DNA of 64,000 nucleotides from Lysobacterales bacterium (GCA_038236425.1 JBBRZU010000001.1:6006-70005), one strand, 5' to 3'. Counted from the first letter of the stretch, positions 1 through 12,146 are shown. The notes: a model not told the origin generated them from the letters alone. Program-made: numbers and translations.

Positions 1-1878
1 GCTGAAGTCGAAATCGTCCACGACCACCGCAGCCCGCGTTTCCGAGTTGATGCGTTGCGGGCACAGCCTGCAGGCGCGCGCCGGGTGCGTGGAAGCGATC
101 ACCACGCCGTTGCGATCAACCACGCGCTCGATGAAATACGTATCCACCAGGAAGCCGCCATTGGCGAACACGGTGTAGCCGCGGGCGACCGAGATCGGCG
201 TCAATGATGCGGTGCCCAGCGACATCGACAGGTTGGCCGGCAGGCTCTCAAGTTTGAAGCCGAACTGGGTGATGTACTTGCGCGCGAACTCCACGCCGAT
301 CGCGTCGAGCAGGCGCACCGAGACCAGGTTGCGCGATTGCACCAGCGCCTCGCGCATGCGCATCGGCCCGGAGAACTTGCCGTTGTCGTTCTGCGGGCGC
401 CAGACATGCCCGACCCGGTCGCGGAAGACTACGGGCGCATCGAGCACGATCGAGGCCGGCGTGTAGCCGCGCTCGAGTGCGGCCGAATACAGGAAGGGCT
501 TGAAGCTGGACCCGGGCTGGCGTTGTGCCTGCGTGGCGCGGTTGAAATTGCTGCGCGAGAAGCTCATGCCGCCCACCAGCGCGCGCACGGCGCCGTCCTC
601 GGGTTGCAGCGAGACCAGCGCCGCCTCGGCCTTGGGCAGTTGCGCGACCTCGAAGTGCCCTGGCTCGGCGCCAGGGATCAGCCGGATCAGGTCGCCACGC
701 TTGAGCAGGGAGCCGGGTGATTTGCCGGTCCAGGCGGTGGACTTGGCGTCCAGGACCAGCGGCGGCCCGGCGGCCAGCAGCACGGTGGCCGACTTGCCGG
801 ACGCTTCGGTCACCAGGGCCGCAGGCATGCCGGTCACGTAGACGGCCTTGCGGACCTTCGTGCGCAGCCCAGCCTCATCCTCGTTGTCGATCTCGACCTG
901 CGCCTCGGCACCGCGCCAGCCGTGCCGTCGATCGTATTCCACCAGGCCGTCGCGCACGGCCTTGTTGGCCGCGACCTGGTCGTCGCTGCGCACCGTGGTG
1001 AAGACCCGGAAGCCGCTGGTTTCCGACTCCGCGCCGTAGCGCTCCTGCATTGCTGCGCGGACCATTTCGGCGACGTAAGGGGCGTCCAGCTCGATCTTGG
1101 GCTGGTGCGGGCTGGCGTGGCTGGGCTCGGCGCGCGCGACCACTTCCTGTGCCTCGGTGATGAAGCCGACCTCGCGCATGCGCTGCAGTACGTAGTTGCG
1201 GCGCTGGATGTTGCGCTCCGGGTTGATGATCGGGTTGGCCGACGAGGGGAACTTCGGCGTGGCGGCCAGGGTGGCGGCCTCGGCCAGGCTGAGCTGGTCG
1301 AGCGGCTTGCCGTAGTAATACTCGGCGGCGGCGACCACGCCGTAGGCGCGATTGCCGAAGAAAATCTTGTTGAGATAGAGCTGCAGGATCTCGTCCTTGC
1401 TCAGCTCGCGCTCCATCTTCAGCGCCAGTGCCATCTCCATCAGCTTGCGGCTGTAGCTGTATTCCGAGCTGAGGTAGAAGTTCTTTGCGACCTGCTGGGT
1501 GATCGTGCTGCCGCCCGGCACGCGCTTGTCGTGGGTGGTGGCCAGCAGCCAGACCGCGCGGCTGATGCCGCGGAAATCCAGGCCCTGGTGCTGGTAGAAA
1601 TGCGCGTCCTCGATGGCGATGAAGGCATTGCGCACCTGCACCGGAACCGCGGCGATCTTGACCGGGTAGCGTCGTGTTTCACCAAATTGGGCGATCAGCT
1701 TGCCGTCGCGGCTGTAGACCGACAGGGGCACCTGGAGCGCGACATGGCGCAGCTCCTGGACGTCAGGCAGCCTGGGGGCAACCAGCCAATAAACGATGCC
1801 CAAGGCCAGCAGTCCGAGCCCGAGCCCGACGGCAGCGAGGACGGCCAAGCGTCGCATCCAGCGTTTTATCTGGGCCAT
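1..1878 (-). CDS. mrcA: Penicillin-binding protein 1A (partial; continues beyond window start)
   Basis: Read manually on the minus strand: MAQIKRWMRRLAVLAAVGLG..., transglycosylase motifs EDAHFYQHQG, GGSTITQQVAKN, RKLME, KDEILQLYLN; transpeptidase QPGSSFKP; divergent from pilM as usual. Confidence 0.93.
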   Translation of the reverse strand, partial: MAQIKRWMRRLAVLAAVGLGLGLLALGIVYWLVAPRLPDVQELRHVALQVPLSVYSRDGKLIAQFGETRRYPVKIAAVPVQVRNAFIAIEDAHFYQHQGLDFRGISRAVWLLATTHDKRVPGGSTITQQVAKNFYLSSEYSYSRKLMEMALALKMERELSKDEILQLYLNKIFFGNRAYGVVAAAEYYYGKPLDQLSLAEAATLAATPKFPSSANPIINPERNIQRRNYVLQRMREVGFITEAQEVVARAEPSHASPHQPKIELDAPYVAEMVRAAMQERYGAESETSGFRVFTTVRSDDQVAANKAVRDGLVEYDRRHGWRGAEAQVEIDNEDEAGLRTKVRKAVYVTGMPAALVTEASGKSATVLLAAGPPLVLDAKSTAWTGKSPGSLLKRGDLIRLIPGAEPGHFEVAQLPKAEAALVSLQPEDGAVRALVGGMSFSRSNFNRATQAQRQPGSSFKPFLYSAALERGYTPASIVLDAPVVFRDRVGHVWRPQNDNGKFSGPMRMREALVQSRNLVSVRLLDAIGVEFARKYITQFGFKLESLPANLSMSLGTASLTPISVARGYTVFANGGFLVDTYFIERVVDRNGVVIASTHPARACRLCPQRINSETRAAVVVDDFDFS

Positions 1879-2091
1879 CCCGGGCCTGATCCTCGTTTAC
1901 TTCGTGCGGGACCGGGAGTATAGAACGAGGGAGTCCGGGCACGGTGCAGCCGCCGTCCCAGGGCCGAGCGGGGAATGCTGAAGCTGTGAACTGGTGGGGC
2001 AAAATCAGGCCCCGGACCGGAAAATTGGTGGGGGGCATTGCCATTTGGGAATTTTTCGTTATTAATGTGACGGCGCACGAATAGCGTGTAA

Positions 2092-3173
<1,082 letters not shown>

Positions 3174-3174
<1 letters not shown>

Positions 3175-3956
3175 TGGCGACGATCAACCTCTTGCCGTGG
3201 CGCGCCGAGCGCCGCAAGCAGCGGCAGCAGGAATTCCTGACCATGCTTGGGGTGGCCTCGGCTGCCGCGGTGTTGGTCGTCCTGCTGATCGTGATGTCCT
3301 ACAACGCCTGGATCTCCGCGCAGGAGAGGCGCAACCAGTACCTGACCGACCAGATCTCCGCGCTCGACAAGCAACTGACCGAGATCGCCGAACTGGACAA
3401 GAAAAAGGCCGGGCTGCTCAAGCGCAAGCAGGTCATCGAGGAGCTGCAGGCGAGCCGCTCGCAGATGGTGCACCTGTTCGACGAACTGGCGCGGACCATT
3501 GCCGATGGCACCCAGATCACCTCGATCGCCCAAAATGGCACCGAGATGACGATCCTGGGTCGCGCGCAGTCCAATGCGCGGGTCAGCACCTATATGCGCA
3601 ACCTGGATGCCTCGGGCTGGATGGGTAATCCCGACCTGGGTGTGATCGAATTGCGCGGCACCGACCCCGGGCTGCCGAACGAATTCTCGCTCAAGGTGAC
3701 GCTGAAGAATCCCAACGACCCCAACGCCGCGGCCGCGACGACGGCCACTTCGCCCGTCGAGGCGCCGTTGCCGAACGCACCGCTTCCCGCCGTGCAAGCG
3801 CCTGCGCTTGATCCAGGTGCGCCTGCCGCCGCGACCACCGTCGCCCCGGCAGCACCGGCGACGGTTCCAGCCACCGTACCCGCCCCGGCAGCTGCCGGAG
3901 CGACACCGCCGGCCGCAGCCACGCCGGCGGCGCCTGCCGCGGGAGGCCAGCCATGA
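3174..3956 (+). CDS. pilN: Type IV pilus assembly protein PilN, with long Pro/Ala/Thr-rich C-terminal tail
   Basis: MATINLLPWR motif, TM helix, coiled coil; ATG overlaps the pilM stop. Confidence 0.95.
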
Positions 3957-4603
3957 GCAAGAAGGGAATGGATCTTCGCAACCTCGACACCAGCAACCCT
4001 GGGTCCTGGCCGCTGCCGGTCAAGCTGTTTGCCTGCATTTTCACCGGCCTCATCATCATCGGCCTGGGTTGGTACTTCCTCGTCGCCGATCGCAAGACCG
4101 AGCTCGAGGGCCTGGTTGCGGAGCAGGAAACGCTGAAGGCGACCTTCATTGACAAGCAGGGCCGCGCCGCCAACCTCGAGCCGCTCAAGCAGCAGCTTGC
4201 GCAGATGGAACTGATGCTGCAGCAGATGCTGCGCCAGCTGCCAAGCAAGAACGAGATGCCCGACCTGATCGTGGACGTCTCGCAGACCGCGCTGGCCACC
4301 GGCATCAGCAACGAACTGTTCCAGCCGGGTCCGGAAACGGCGAAAGAGTTCTACGCCGAAAAGCCGATCAACCTGCGCATGGTTGGCACCTACCACCAGT
4401 TTGGTGCCTTCGTCAGCGGCGTGGCTTCGTTGCCGCGGGTAGTGATCATGACCATGCACAACATCTCGCTGACGCCGCGTGCCGGCAAGCCGGGCCAATT
4501 GGTGCTGCAGGGCACGATCAAGACCTATCGCTACCTGGATGACGACGAGATCGCAGCCCAGCAAAGCGGCGCACCGGCACCGGCCGCGGGAGGGAGCAAG
4601 TGA
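3953..4603 (+). CDS. pilO: Type IV pilus assembly protein PilO
   Basis: PGSWP, QLPSKNEMPDL, EFYAEKPI, TYRY motifs; gene order. Confidence 0.95.
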   Translation: MSKKGMDLRNLDTSNPGSWPLPVKLFACIFTGLIIIGLGWYFLVADRKTELEGLVAEQETLKATFIDKQGRAANLEPLKQQLAQMELMLQQMLRQLPSKNEMPDLIVDVSQTALATGISNELFQPGPETAKEFYAEKPINLRMVGTYHQFGAFVSGVASLPRVVIMTMHNISLTPRAGKPGQLVLQGTIKTYRYLDDDEIAAQQSGAPAPAAGGSK

Positions 4604-5121
4604 TGGCCAGCAACGCATTCCGCGCCGCCGTCCTGCTCGCCGTGTTCGGTTTCGGCCTGTCGGGTTGCGCCAGCGACACCAAGGAAATCGAGGAGTGGGT
4701 GGCCGAAGTGAAAGCGCGTCCCGCGCCGCCGCTCGATCCTCTGCCGGTGATGAAGCAGTTCGAGTCGTTCGAATATTCGGCCGAAGGCCTGCGCGATCCG
4801 TTCGCCGTGCCCACGCCTGACCGCGACTCGGGCAGCGGCCTGCGGCCCGACCCGAACCGGCGCAAGGAAGTGCTGGAAGCCTTTCCGGTCGACGGCCTGA
4901 ACATGGTCGGCACGATCGGGAAAGGCGGCAACCTGGTCGGGCTCGTCCTGGCGCCTGACAAAGTGACGTACCGGGTGCGGCCCGGAAACTATCTAGGCCA
5001 GAGTGATGGCCGAATCACCGCGGTGTACGAAGACCGCATCGAAATGGTCGAACTGGTACCGGATGGGGCGGGTGGCTGGCTGGAACGTCAAGCCAAGATC
5101 GCTCTTGAAGACAATGATTGA
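4603..5121 (+). CDS. pilP: Type IV pilus lipoprotein PilP
   Basis: Lipobox LSGC, LRDPF, RRKEVLEAFP, GNYLGQSDGRI. Confidence 0.95.
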   Translation: MASNAFRAAVLLAVFGFGLSGCASDTKEIEEWVAEVKARPAPPLDPLPVMKQFESFEYSAEGLRDPFAVPTPDRDSGSGLRPDPNRRKEVLEAFPVDGLNMVGTIGKGGNLVGLVLAPDKVTYRVRPGNYLGQSDGRITAVYEDRIEMVELVPDGAGGWLERQAKIALEDND

Positions 5122-5137
5122 TTTGGGGGACAACGCG

Positions 5138-7261
5138 ATGACCGCAACGAAGATGACCGGCATGGGCAAGGCAAGCCGAGCCTTGCGCAACACCGCCATG
5201 GGCCTTGGCCTGATGCTGGTCAGCGCCCAGGCGCTAGCCGACAACGTCCTGCAGGACGTCCGCTACGCCGCAGCGCCCGGCGGCAAGGTGGACATCACCC
5301 TGCAGTTCGCCAAGCCGGTTGGGGAGGTCCAAGCCTTCACCACCGACAGCCCCCCGAAGATCGCGATCGATCTGCCGGATACCACGAGTGCGCTGAGCAA
5401 GCGTCGTGTGGTGATCGGTAGTGGCGCGACTTCGGCGGTTTCGGCGGTTGAAGCCGGTGGCCGGACCCGCGTCGTGGTCGACCTGCTGCGGCCCGCGGGC
5501 TACGTGACTCGCAGTTCCGGCAACCTGCTGGTGGTGACGGTGGATGCCGGCTCCGTGCAGCAGGCAGGCGCGGCCATGGTTCAAAGCGCCGATCCGACCA
5601 AGCGCTCGGCGGCCACCGCGACCGTCTCCAACATCGACTTCCGCCGTGGCGACAACGGCGCCGGCCGCGTGATCCTGCGCTTCGACAATCCCGGTGTTGC
5701 GCCGGACATGCGCAATGACGGCAAGCAGGTGATCGTGGACGTCAGCAACGCGACCATCCCGGAGGCCCTGCGCCGCCGCCTGGACGTGACCGACTTCGCC
5801 ACCCCGGTGGTCAGCGTCGAGCCGCGCAACAATGCCGGTGCGACCCGCCTGGTGATCAATACCAATGGCGCCTACGAGAGCATGGCCTACCAGACCGGCA
5901 ACGAGTACGTGGTCGAAATCACGCCCAAGCGTGGAGTGGCTTCGACGGCAGCCCAGCCCGGCGTGATGCGCGCCGCGGGTGCGGTTGGTACCGGTGGCAC
6001 GTCGCAGCGGTACGCGGGCAAGCCGGTGACCTTCAACTTCCAGGACGTGCCGGTGCGCACGGTGCTGCAGTTGATCGCCGAAGAGTCCAACCTCAACATC
6101 GTGGTCGCGGACACGGTCTCGGGCAGCGTCACGCTGCGCCTGATCAATGTGCCGTGGGACCAGGCGCTGGAAATCCTGCTGCGTGCCAAGGGCCTGGACC
6201 AGCGCCGTGATGGCAACGTGGTGTGGGTCGCCCCGCAGGCCGAGTTGTCGGCGTATGAGCTGGCGCAGAACAATGCCCGGATCAACCTGGAGAACTCCGG
6301 CGAGCTGATCACCGAATACATCCCGATCAACTATGGCAACGCCCAGGACCTGATCGCGATCATCCAGGCCAATGGCTCGGGTGGCGGTGGTGCGGCAGGT
6401 GGCGGCGGCGCAGCTGGCGGCAATCGCGGATTCCTGTCGGCGCGCGGCAGCATCAGCGCCGATACCCGCACCAACACGCTGCTGATCAGCGACACGCGCA
6501 AGAAGATCGACGAGATCCGGCGCATGCTCGAAGTGCTTGATCGTCCGGTTGACCAGGTGTTGATCGAAGCCCGCGTGGTGATCGCCGACGAGACCTTCGC
6601 CCGCGATATCGGCGCCACCTTCAGCGTCAACAACGTCAACAACCCGAGCCGCACCAGTGACAGCACGAGCACCACTGGCTTCGACTTGAGCCTGCCGGTG
6701 ACCGGCGGCGGCACCTTCAACTTTGGCATCCTGCGTCCAAGCTCGAACCTCGATCTGTCGCTTTCGGCGCTGCAGGCCGAGGGTCGTGGTGAAGTGGTGT
6801 CCAATCCGCGCGTGATCACTACCAACCAGCGCGAGGCAACCATCACCCAGGGCGACGAAATCGGCTACACCACGCCGCAGGCGGCCGGTGCGGGCCAGGC
6901 GCTGGCAACCCCGGCGTTCAAGGAAGCCCTGCTTGAGCTGAAGGTCACGCCGACCATCACCACCGATGGCCGCGTGTTCATGCAGTTGAACATCAAGAAG
7001 GACGACATCAAGGGCTTCACCCTCGGTGTGCCGTCGCTGACCAAGCGCTCGATCACCACCGGCGTGATGGTGGACAGTGGCGATACCGTCGTGATCGGCG
7101 GCGTCTACGAGTTCCGCAATCGCGAAGACATCAGCAAGTTGCCGTGGCTGGGCGACGTGCCGGTGCTCGGCAATCTGTTCAAGAAGCGCGGCAAGACCCA
7201 TTCGAAGGCCGAGTTGCTGGTCTTCGTGACCCCGCGCGTCCTGCAGGTCAGCAAGCGCTGA
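5138..7261 (+). CDS. pilQ: Type IV pilus secretin PilQ
   Basis: AMIN-like N-terminus, FNFQDVPVRTVL, VPWDQAL, QVLIEARVV, KLPWLGDVPVLGNLF, ELLVFVTPR. Confidence 0.96.
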   Translation: MTATKMTGMGKASRALRNTAMGLGLMLVSAQALADNVLQDVRYAAAPGGKVDITLQFAKPVGEVQAFTTDSPPKIAIDLPDTTSALSKRRVVIGSGATSAVSAVEAGGRTRVVVDLLRPAGYVTRSSGNLLVVTVDAGSVQQAGAAMVQSADPTKRSAATATVSNIDFRRGDNGAGRVILRFDNPGVAPDMRNDGKQVIVDVSNATIPEALRRRLDVTDFATPVVSVEPRNNAGATRLVINTNGAYESMAYQTGNEYVVEITPKRGVASTAAQPGVMRAAGAVGTGGTSQRYAGKPVTFNFQDVPVRTVLQLIAEESNLNIVVADTVSGSVTLRLINVPWDQALEILLRAKGLDQRRDGNVVWVAPQAELSAYELAQNNARINLENSGELITEYIPINYGNAQDLIAIIQANGSGGGGAAGGGGAAGGNRGFLSARGSISADTRTNTLLISDTRKKIDEIRRMLEVLDRPVDQVLIEARVVIADETFARDIGATFSVNNVNNPSRTSDSTSTTGFDLSLPVTGGGTFNFGILRPSSNLDLSLSALQAEGRGEVVSNPRVITTNQREATITQGDEIGYTTPQAAGAGQALATPAFKEALLELKVTPTITTDGRVFMQLNIKKDDIKGFTLGVPSLTKRSITTGVMVDSGDTVVIGGVYEFRNREDISKLPWLGDVPVLGNLFKKRGKTHSKAELLVFVTPRVLQVSKR

Positions 7262-7288
7262 TCGGAAACCGCCAGGGGACTGCCCAGG

Positions 7289-7396
7289 GCCGCGCATGCG
7301 GCCCTGTGCTTTTGTGGATGATGCGCCGCGCATGCGGCCCTGTGCTTTTGTGGAAGATGCGCCGCTTTCGCGGCCCTGTGCTTTTGTGGATGATGC
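7289..7396. repeat. 36-bp tandem repeat x3 (GCCGCGCATGCGGCCCTGTGCTTTTGTGGATGATGC)
   Basis: Units at 7289-7324, 7325-7360, 7361-7396 with few mismatches and no spacers. Confidence 0.92.
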
Positions 7397-7427
7397 AGCG
7401 CATGGGTGGATCCGGAGGCGCGCACGC

Positions 7428-8678
7428 ATGACCCCGCCCCACATCGTCCTGCGCGCCGGCGAGGTGCTGTTCGCCGAAGGCGATGCGCCGACCAATGCCT
7501 ACCTCGTCGAGTCCGGCGAGTTGGAAATGGTAACGGTGGTGCGCGGCCGCCGGCTGGTGCTGGGCCGGATGCGTGCCGGCGAACTGGTTGGCGAACTGGC
7601 GGTATTCGACGACGGCCCGCGCTCGACCAGTGCGGTTGCCCTGACCGACTGCGTGCTCTATGCGATCGACCCGGAACAGGTCAGCGAGCGCCTGGCCAAG
7701 ACCGATCCGGTGATTCGCGCCCTGATCGAGAGCCTGCTCGGCCGCTATCGCGGCATCCTCGAAACCTATCGCGAGGCCTCGCCGCGTTCGGCGTTCGAGC
7801 CCGAGCCCAGCGTTGAGCACTTGCGCCGGCTTGCAATTGCCCGCGCCGATGCTGCCGCTGGCGTGAAGATGGTCCGTCCGGAAGGCGTGGACAAACTCCG
7901 GCTCGAATCCCAACTCCGCCAAGCCCTTGCTGAGGACGGGTTGGATGTTCGCTTCCAGCCCATCCTGCACATCGCCAGCAACCGGATCGCGGGATACGAA
8001 GCGCTGATCCGCTGGAACCACCCGGACCGCGGTCCGGTGTCGCCGATGGAACTGGTCGGACTGGCGGAGGAATCGTCGCTGATCGTCGCGGTCGGCGAAT
8101 ATGTCTTCGACACCGCCTGCCGCGCCGTGACTCGACTGATCCAGGCCGGCGCCCAGCCGTCACCGTTCATTGCAGTGAATGTGTCGGCCCGGCAGCTACA
8201 GCACCCTGGGCTGATCGAGCGCATCGTCCAGCGGGTCGAGGCGGCATCGGTTCCGGCCGGCAGCCTGAAGATCGAGTTGACCGAGACCCATGCCTTCGAC
8301 CTGGAATTGGTGCAGTCGGCGATCACGCTGTGCCACAGGCATGGCATCGGTGTGGCGCTGGACGATTTCGGTACCGGCTACTCGAACCTGGCGCAGATGC
8401 AGCGGCTGGCATTCGATACGCTCAAGATCGACCAGGCGTTCACGCGATCCCTGCTCGACGAGCCGCGCACCCGCCGCCTTGTGGAAGCCATCGTCACCAT
8501 GGCCTGCGCGATGGATGCAGCGATCGTGGCCGAGGGCGTGGAATCGACAGGCACGCTCGAGGCGTTGCGCGAGATGGGTTGCGACTACGCCCAGGGCTAC
8601 CTGATCGGTGAAGCGCAACCGCTCGAAGCCATCATCGCCGGGCTGCCGTATCCTTCCTCGTCCAACCTCCACGAGTGA
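7428..8678 (+). CDS. Cyclic-nucleotide-binding domain + EAL c-di-GMP phosphodiesterase
   Basis: N-terminal LFAEGD...GELVGELA...PRSTSA (cNMP); EAL domain motifs YEALIRW, AVNVS, IELTE, DDFGTGYS, LKID, AEGVE, QGY. Confidence 0.9.
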   Translation: MTPPHIVLRAGEVLFAEGDAPTNAYLVESGELEMVTVVRGRRLVLGRMRAGELVGELAVFDDGPRSTSAVALTDCVLYAIDPEQVSERLAKTDPVIRALIESLLGRYRGILETYREASPRSAFEPEPSVEHLRRLAIARADAAAGVKMVRPEGVDKLRLESQLRQALAEDGLDVRFQPILHIASNRIAGYEALIRWNHPDRGPVSPMELVGLAEESSLIVAVGEYVFDTACRAVTRLIQAGAQPSPFIAVNVSARQLQHPGLIERIVQRVEAASVPAGSLKIELTETHAFDLELVQSAITLCHRHGIGVALDDFGTGYSNLAQMQRLAFDTLKIDQAFTRSLLDEPRTRRLVEAIVTMACAMDAAIVAEGVESTGTLEALREMGCDYAQGYLIGEAQPLEAIIAGLPYPSSSNLHE

Positions 8679-8682
8679 AACC

Positions 8683-10044
8683 ATGACTGCCGTCGCGCCG
8701 TCCGCCCGGCCACCGGGTTTTCCCCTGCACATCAAGGTCCTGATCGGTTTCGTGTTCGGCGCGTTGCTGGGGCTGCTTATCCACTCGATGGGCATGGAAC
8801 AGGCGCCTGTGGTGGCGCACCTCATGGATTGGCTGGTGAAGCCATTCGGACAGATCTTCCTCAACCTGCTGTTCATGCTGGTGGTGCCGCTGATGTTCAG
8901 CGCGCTGGTGCTGGGCGTGGCCGAGCTGGGCGACATCGCAAGCCTTGGTCGACTTGGTTGGCGCACGCTGGTTTACACCGGCGTGGTCACGGGTATTGCA
9001 GTCGGCATTGGCGTGCTGATGGTCAACTTGCTGCAGCCTGGACTGCACCTGGATCCGGCGACCCTCAACCAGGCGATGGCGCAGGGCGCGGCCAAAGCCG
9101 GAGAAATCGCCAGCAAGGGCCAGGAACTCAACTTCATCGACCTGCTGGTGAACATCGTCCCGCACAACGTGCTTGCCGCTGCCACCGACGACAAGCAGAA
9201 ACTTGGCGTGGTGTTCTTCGCGCTGCTGTTCGGCATCGGCATGGTGATGACGCCGTCGCCCGCCACCCAGGCATTCAAGAATGCACTGCAGGGCCTGTTC
9301 GAGATCTGCATGCGGCTGATCGGCCTGATCATCCGGCTGGCGCCCTACGCGGTGGCGGGCTTCATGTTCAACCTGACCGCCAACCTGGGTTGGGACGTGA
9401 TCGAGGGCCTGGCCTGGTTCGTGGTGACGGTGTTGCTGGCGTTGGCCCTGCATGGCTTCGTGGTGCTGCCGCTGTGGGTGCGCATCATGGGCAATATGTC
9501 GCCGAGAGTGTTCTTCCGCGGCAGCCAGGAAGCCATCCTGACGGCGTTCGCGACCGCATCATCGGCGGCGACGCTGCCGGTGACGCTGCGCGTGGCCGAG
9601 GAAAACCTGAAGTTGCCGCGCAAGGTGTCGCGCTTCGTGCTGACCGTGGGCGCGTCGGCCAACCACCATGGCACCGCCCTGTTCGAGGGCATCACGGTGC
9701 TGTTCCTGGCCCAGGTTTCCGGCCTGCACCTTCCGCTCGTCCAGCAGTTCATCGTACTGGGCTTGTGCATCCTCGGCGGCATCGGTACGGCGGGAATCCC
9801 GTCGGGTTCGTTGCCGGTGATCGCCATGATCTGCGGGATCATCGGGCTTCGGCCGGAGGGCATCGCCATCATCCTCGGCGTGAACACCTTCCTGGACATG
9901 TGCCGGACCGCGCTCAACGTGACCGGCGACCTGGCGACTGCGGTGGTCGTTTCGCATCAGGCGGGCGAGCATCGCGAGGAACTGGCCGTGCTGGACGCGC
10001 AAGGCGAGTCGGCCTTGGGCGTGGGACCCGACACCGCTTCCTGA
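8683..10044 (+). CDS. Dicarboxylate/amino acid:cation symporter (DAACS, GltP-like)
   Basis: AFATASSAATLP, GTAGIPSGS, FLDMCRTALNVTGD; multiple TM helices. Confidence 0.92.
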   Translation: MTAVAPSARPPGFPLHIKVLIGFVFGALLGLLIHSMGMEQAPVVAHLMDWLVKPFGQIFLNLLFMLVVPLMFSALVLGVAELGDIASLGRLGWRTLVYTGVVTGIAVGIGVLMVNLLQPGLHLDPATLNQAMAQGAAKAGEIASKGQELNFIDLLVNIVPHNVLAAATDDKQKLGVVFFALLFGIGMVMTPSPATQAFKNALQGLFEICMRLIGLIIRLAPYAVAGFMFNLTANLGWDVIEGLAWFVVTVLLALALHGFVVLPLWVRIMGNMSPRVFFRGSQEAILTAFATASSAATLPVTLRVAEENLKLPRKVSRFVLTVGASANHHGTALFEGITVLFLAQVSGLHLPLVQQFIVLGLCILGGIGTAGIPSGSLPVIAMICGIIGLRPEGIAIILGVNTFLDMCRTALNVTGDLATAVVVSHQAGEHREELAVLDAQGESALGVGPDTAS

Positions 10045-10145
10045 TCGCGCAGGCGGCGATTCCGGAACTTTCGGGGAGACAGGCGGGCAGCGTTCAGGGA
10101 AAATGGGCTGCCCGGACCTTGGGCGCCTCCTGACGAGCCCCCGAC

Positions 10146-12146
10146 ATGCCGACGCCCAGCCGCCGCGACCTTGCCAATGCCATCCGCTTCCTCGCTGCCG
10201 ATGCGGTGGAGAAGGCCAAGTCGGGCCACCCCGGGATGCCGATGGGCATGGCCGACATTGCCGAGGTGTTGTGGAACGATTTCCACAAGCACAACCCGAA
10301 CAATCCCAAGTGGTTCGATCGTGACCGCTTCATGCTCTCGAATGGGCACGGATCGATGCTGCAGTACGCGCTGCTGCACCTGTCGGGCTATGACCTGTCG
10401 ATCGAGGAACTGAAGAACTTCCGCCAGCTGCACTCCAAGACGCCGGGGCATCCCGAGCATCGCGATACTCCCGGTGTTGAAACGACCACGGGGCCGCTTG
10501 GCCAGGGGCTGGCCAATGCCGTCGGCTTCGCGCTTGCGGAAAAATTGCTGGCGCAGCGCTTCAACCGCCCCGAATTCCCGATCGTTGATCATTTCACCTG
10601 GGTTTTCCTCGGCGATGGCTGCCTGATGGAAGGCATCTCGCACGAGGCCTGCTCGCTGGCCGGTACCTGGGGCCTGGGCAAGCTGGTGGCGCTGTGGGAC
10701 GACAACCACATCTCCATCGATGGCGACACCAAGGGCTGGTTCACCGACGACACCGCGGCGCGCTTTCGCGCGTACGGCTGGCATGTCATCCAGGGCGTGG
10801 ATGGCCACGACCCGGTGCAGATCCACGATGCCATCGCCACCGCCCAGGCCGAAACCGGCAAGCCCAGCCTGATCTGCTGCCGCACGATCATCGGCTTCGG
10901 CGCACCGCACAAGCAGGGCAAGGAAAGCGCGCATGGCGCGCCGCTGGGCGCCGACGAGCTGGCCGCCGCGCGCGTTGCACTCGAATGGCCGTATGCGCCG
11001 TTCGAGATTCCGCAGGAAATTTCCGATGGATGGCGCGCCGGTAATACCGGGCTGGTGCGCGAAGAACAGTGGAATCGGTTGTTTGACGCGTACTCGCGCC
11101 AGTATCCACAGCTTGCGGACGAGTTGGTGCGCCGCTCGCACGCCGAGTTGCCCGGCAACTTTGCCGATATCGCGCAGGCCTTCGTCGAAAAACTGCAGGC
11201 CGATGGCCCCGTGGTGGCCTCGCGCAAGGCCTCGCAGATGGCGATCGAGGCGTACGCGCCGCACCTGCCGGAACTGATCGGCGGCTCCGCGGACCTGGCG
11301 CACTCGAACCTGACCTTGTGGTCGGGCAGCAAGTCCGTCGCCAGCACCGATGCCGATGCCAACTATATCTACTACGGCGTGCGCGAATTCGCGATGAGCG
11401 CGATCAGCAACGGGCTGGCGTTGCATGGCGGATTCATCCCGTATGACGCGACCTTCCTGGTGTTCTCGGACTATTCGCGCAATGCACTGCGCATGTCGGC
11501 GCTGATTCCCACCGGCGCGATCCACGTGTTCACCCACGATTCGATCGGCCTGGGCGAGGACGGCCCGACGCACCAGCCGGTGGAACACCTGGCATCGCTG
11601 CGCTACATCCCCAACAACGAAGTCTGGCGTCCCTGCGATGCGGTGGAATCGGCGGTGGCCTGGCGTTGTGCGATCGAGCGCCGGGATGGGCCAAGCTGCC
11701 TGATTTTCAGCCGCCAGAACCTGGCGCACCAGGCGCGCGACGCCGCGCGGCTGGCCGACATCTCGCGTGGTGGCTATGTGTTGCATGAGCCAGAAGCTGG
11801 CGCCCAGGTGGTGCTGATTGGCACCGGATCCGAAGTCGAACTGGCGATGCAGGCCGCGCGCCAACTCGCCGCGGAGGGGATTGCTGCCCGCGTGGTGTCG
11901 ATGCCCTGCAGTAATCGCTTCGACCGCCAGCCGGCCGCGTGGCGCGAGCACGTGCTGCCGTCGAAGCTGCGCGTGCGCGTCGCGGTGGAGGCGGGCGTGA
12001 CCGACTATTGGCGCAAGTATGTCGGCCTGGATGGCGCGGTCATCGGCATCGACAGCTTTGGCGCGTCGGCACCGATCGATGCGCTGTACAAGTATTTCGG
12101 AATCACTGCCGAAGCGGTCGCCGCTGCGGCGAAAGCGCAGCTGTAA
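10146..12146 (+). CDS. tkt: Transketolase
   Basis: [49 protein letters not shown]. Confidence 0.98.
   Translation: MPTPSRRDLANAIRFLAADAVEKAKSGHPGMPMGMADIAEVLWNDFHKHNPNNPKWFDRDRFMLSNGHGSMLQYALLHLSGYDLSIEELKNFRQLHSKTPGHPEHRDTPGVETTTGPLGQGLANAVGFALAEKLLAQRFNRPEFPIVDHFTWVFLGDGCLMEGISHEACSLAGTWGLGKLVALWDDNHISIDGDTKGWFTDDTAARFRAYGWHVIQGVDGHDPVQIHDAIATAQAETGKPSLICCRTIIGFGAPHKQGKESAHGAPLGADELAAARVALEWPYAPFEIPQEISDGWRAGNTGLVREEQWNRLFDAYSRQYPQLADELVRRSHAELPGNFADIAQAFVEKLQADGPVVASRKASQMAIEAYAPHLPELIGGSADLAHSNLTLWSGSKSVASTDADANYIYYGVREFAMSAISNGLALHGGFIPYDATFLVFSDYSRNALRMSALIPTGAIHVFTHDSIGLGEDGPTHQPVEHLASLRYIPNNEVWRPCDAVESAVAWRCAIERRDGPSCLIFSRQNLAHQARDAARLADISRGGYVLHEPEAGAQVVLIGTGSEVELAMQAARQLAAEGIAARVVSMPCSNRFDRQPAAWREHVLPSKLRVRVAVEAGVTDYWRKYVGLDGAVIGIDSFGASAPIDALYKYFGITAEAVAAAAKAQL

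Noticed and set aside
2060-2085. Possible CRP/Clp site upstream of pilM (TGTGA...)
   Set aside because: The second half-site does not match at the 6-bp spacing.
7289-7396. CRISPR array (36-bp repeats)
   Set aside because: Units are contiguous with no unique spacers, and no cas genes are present.
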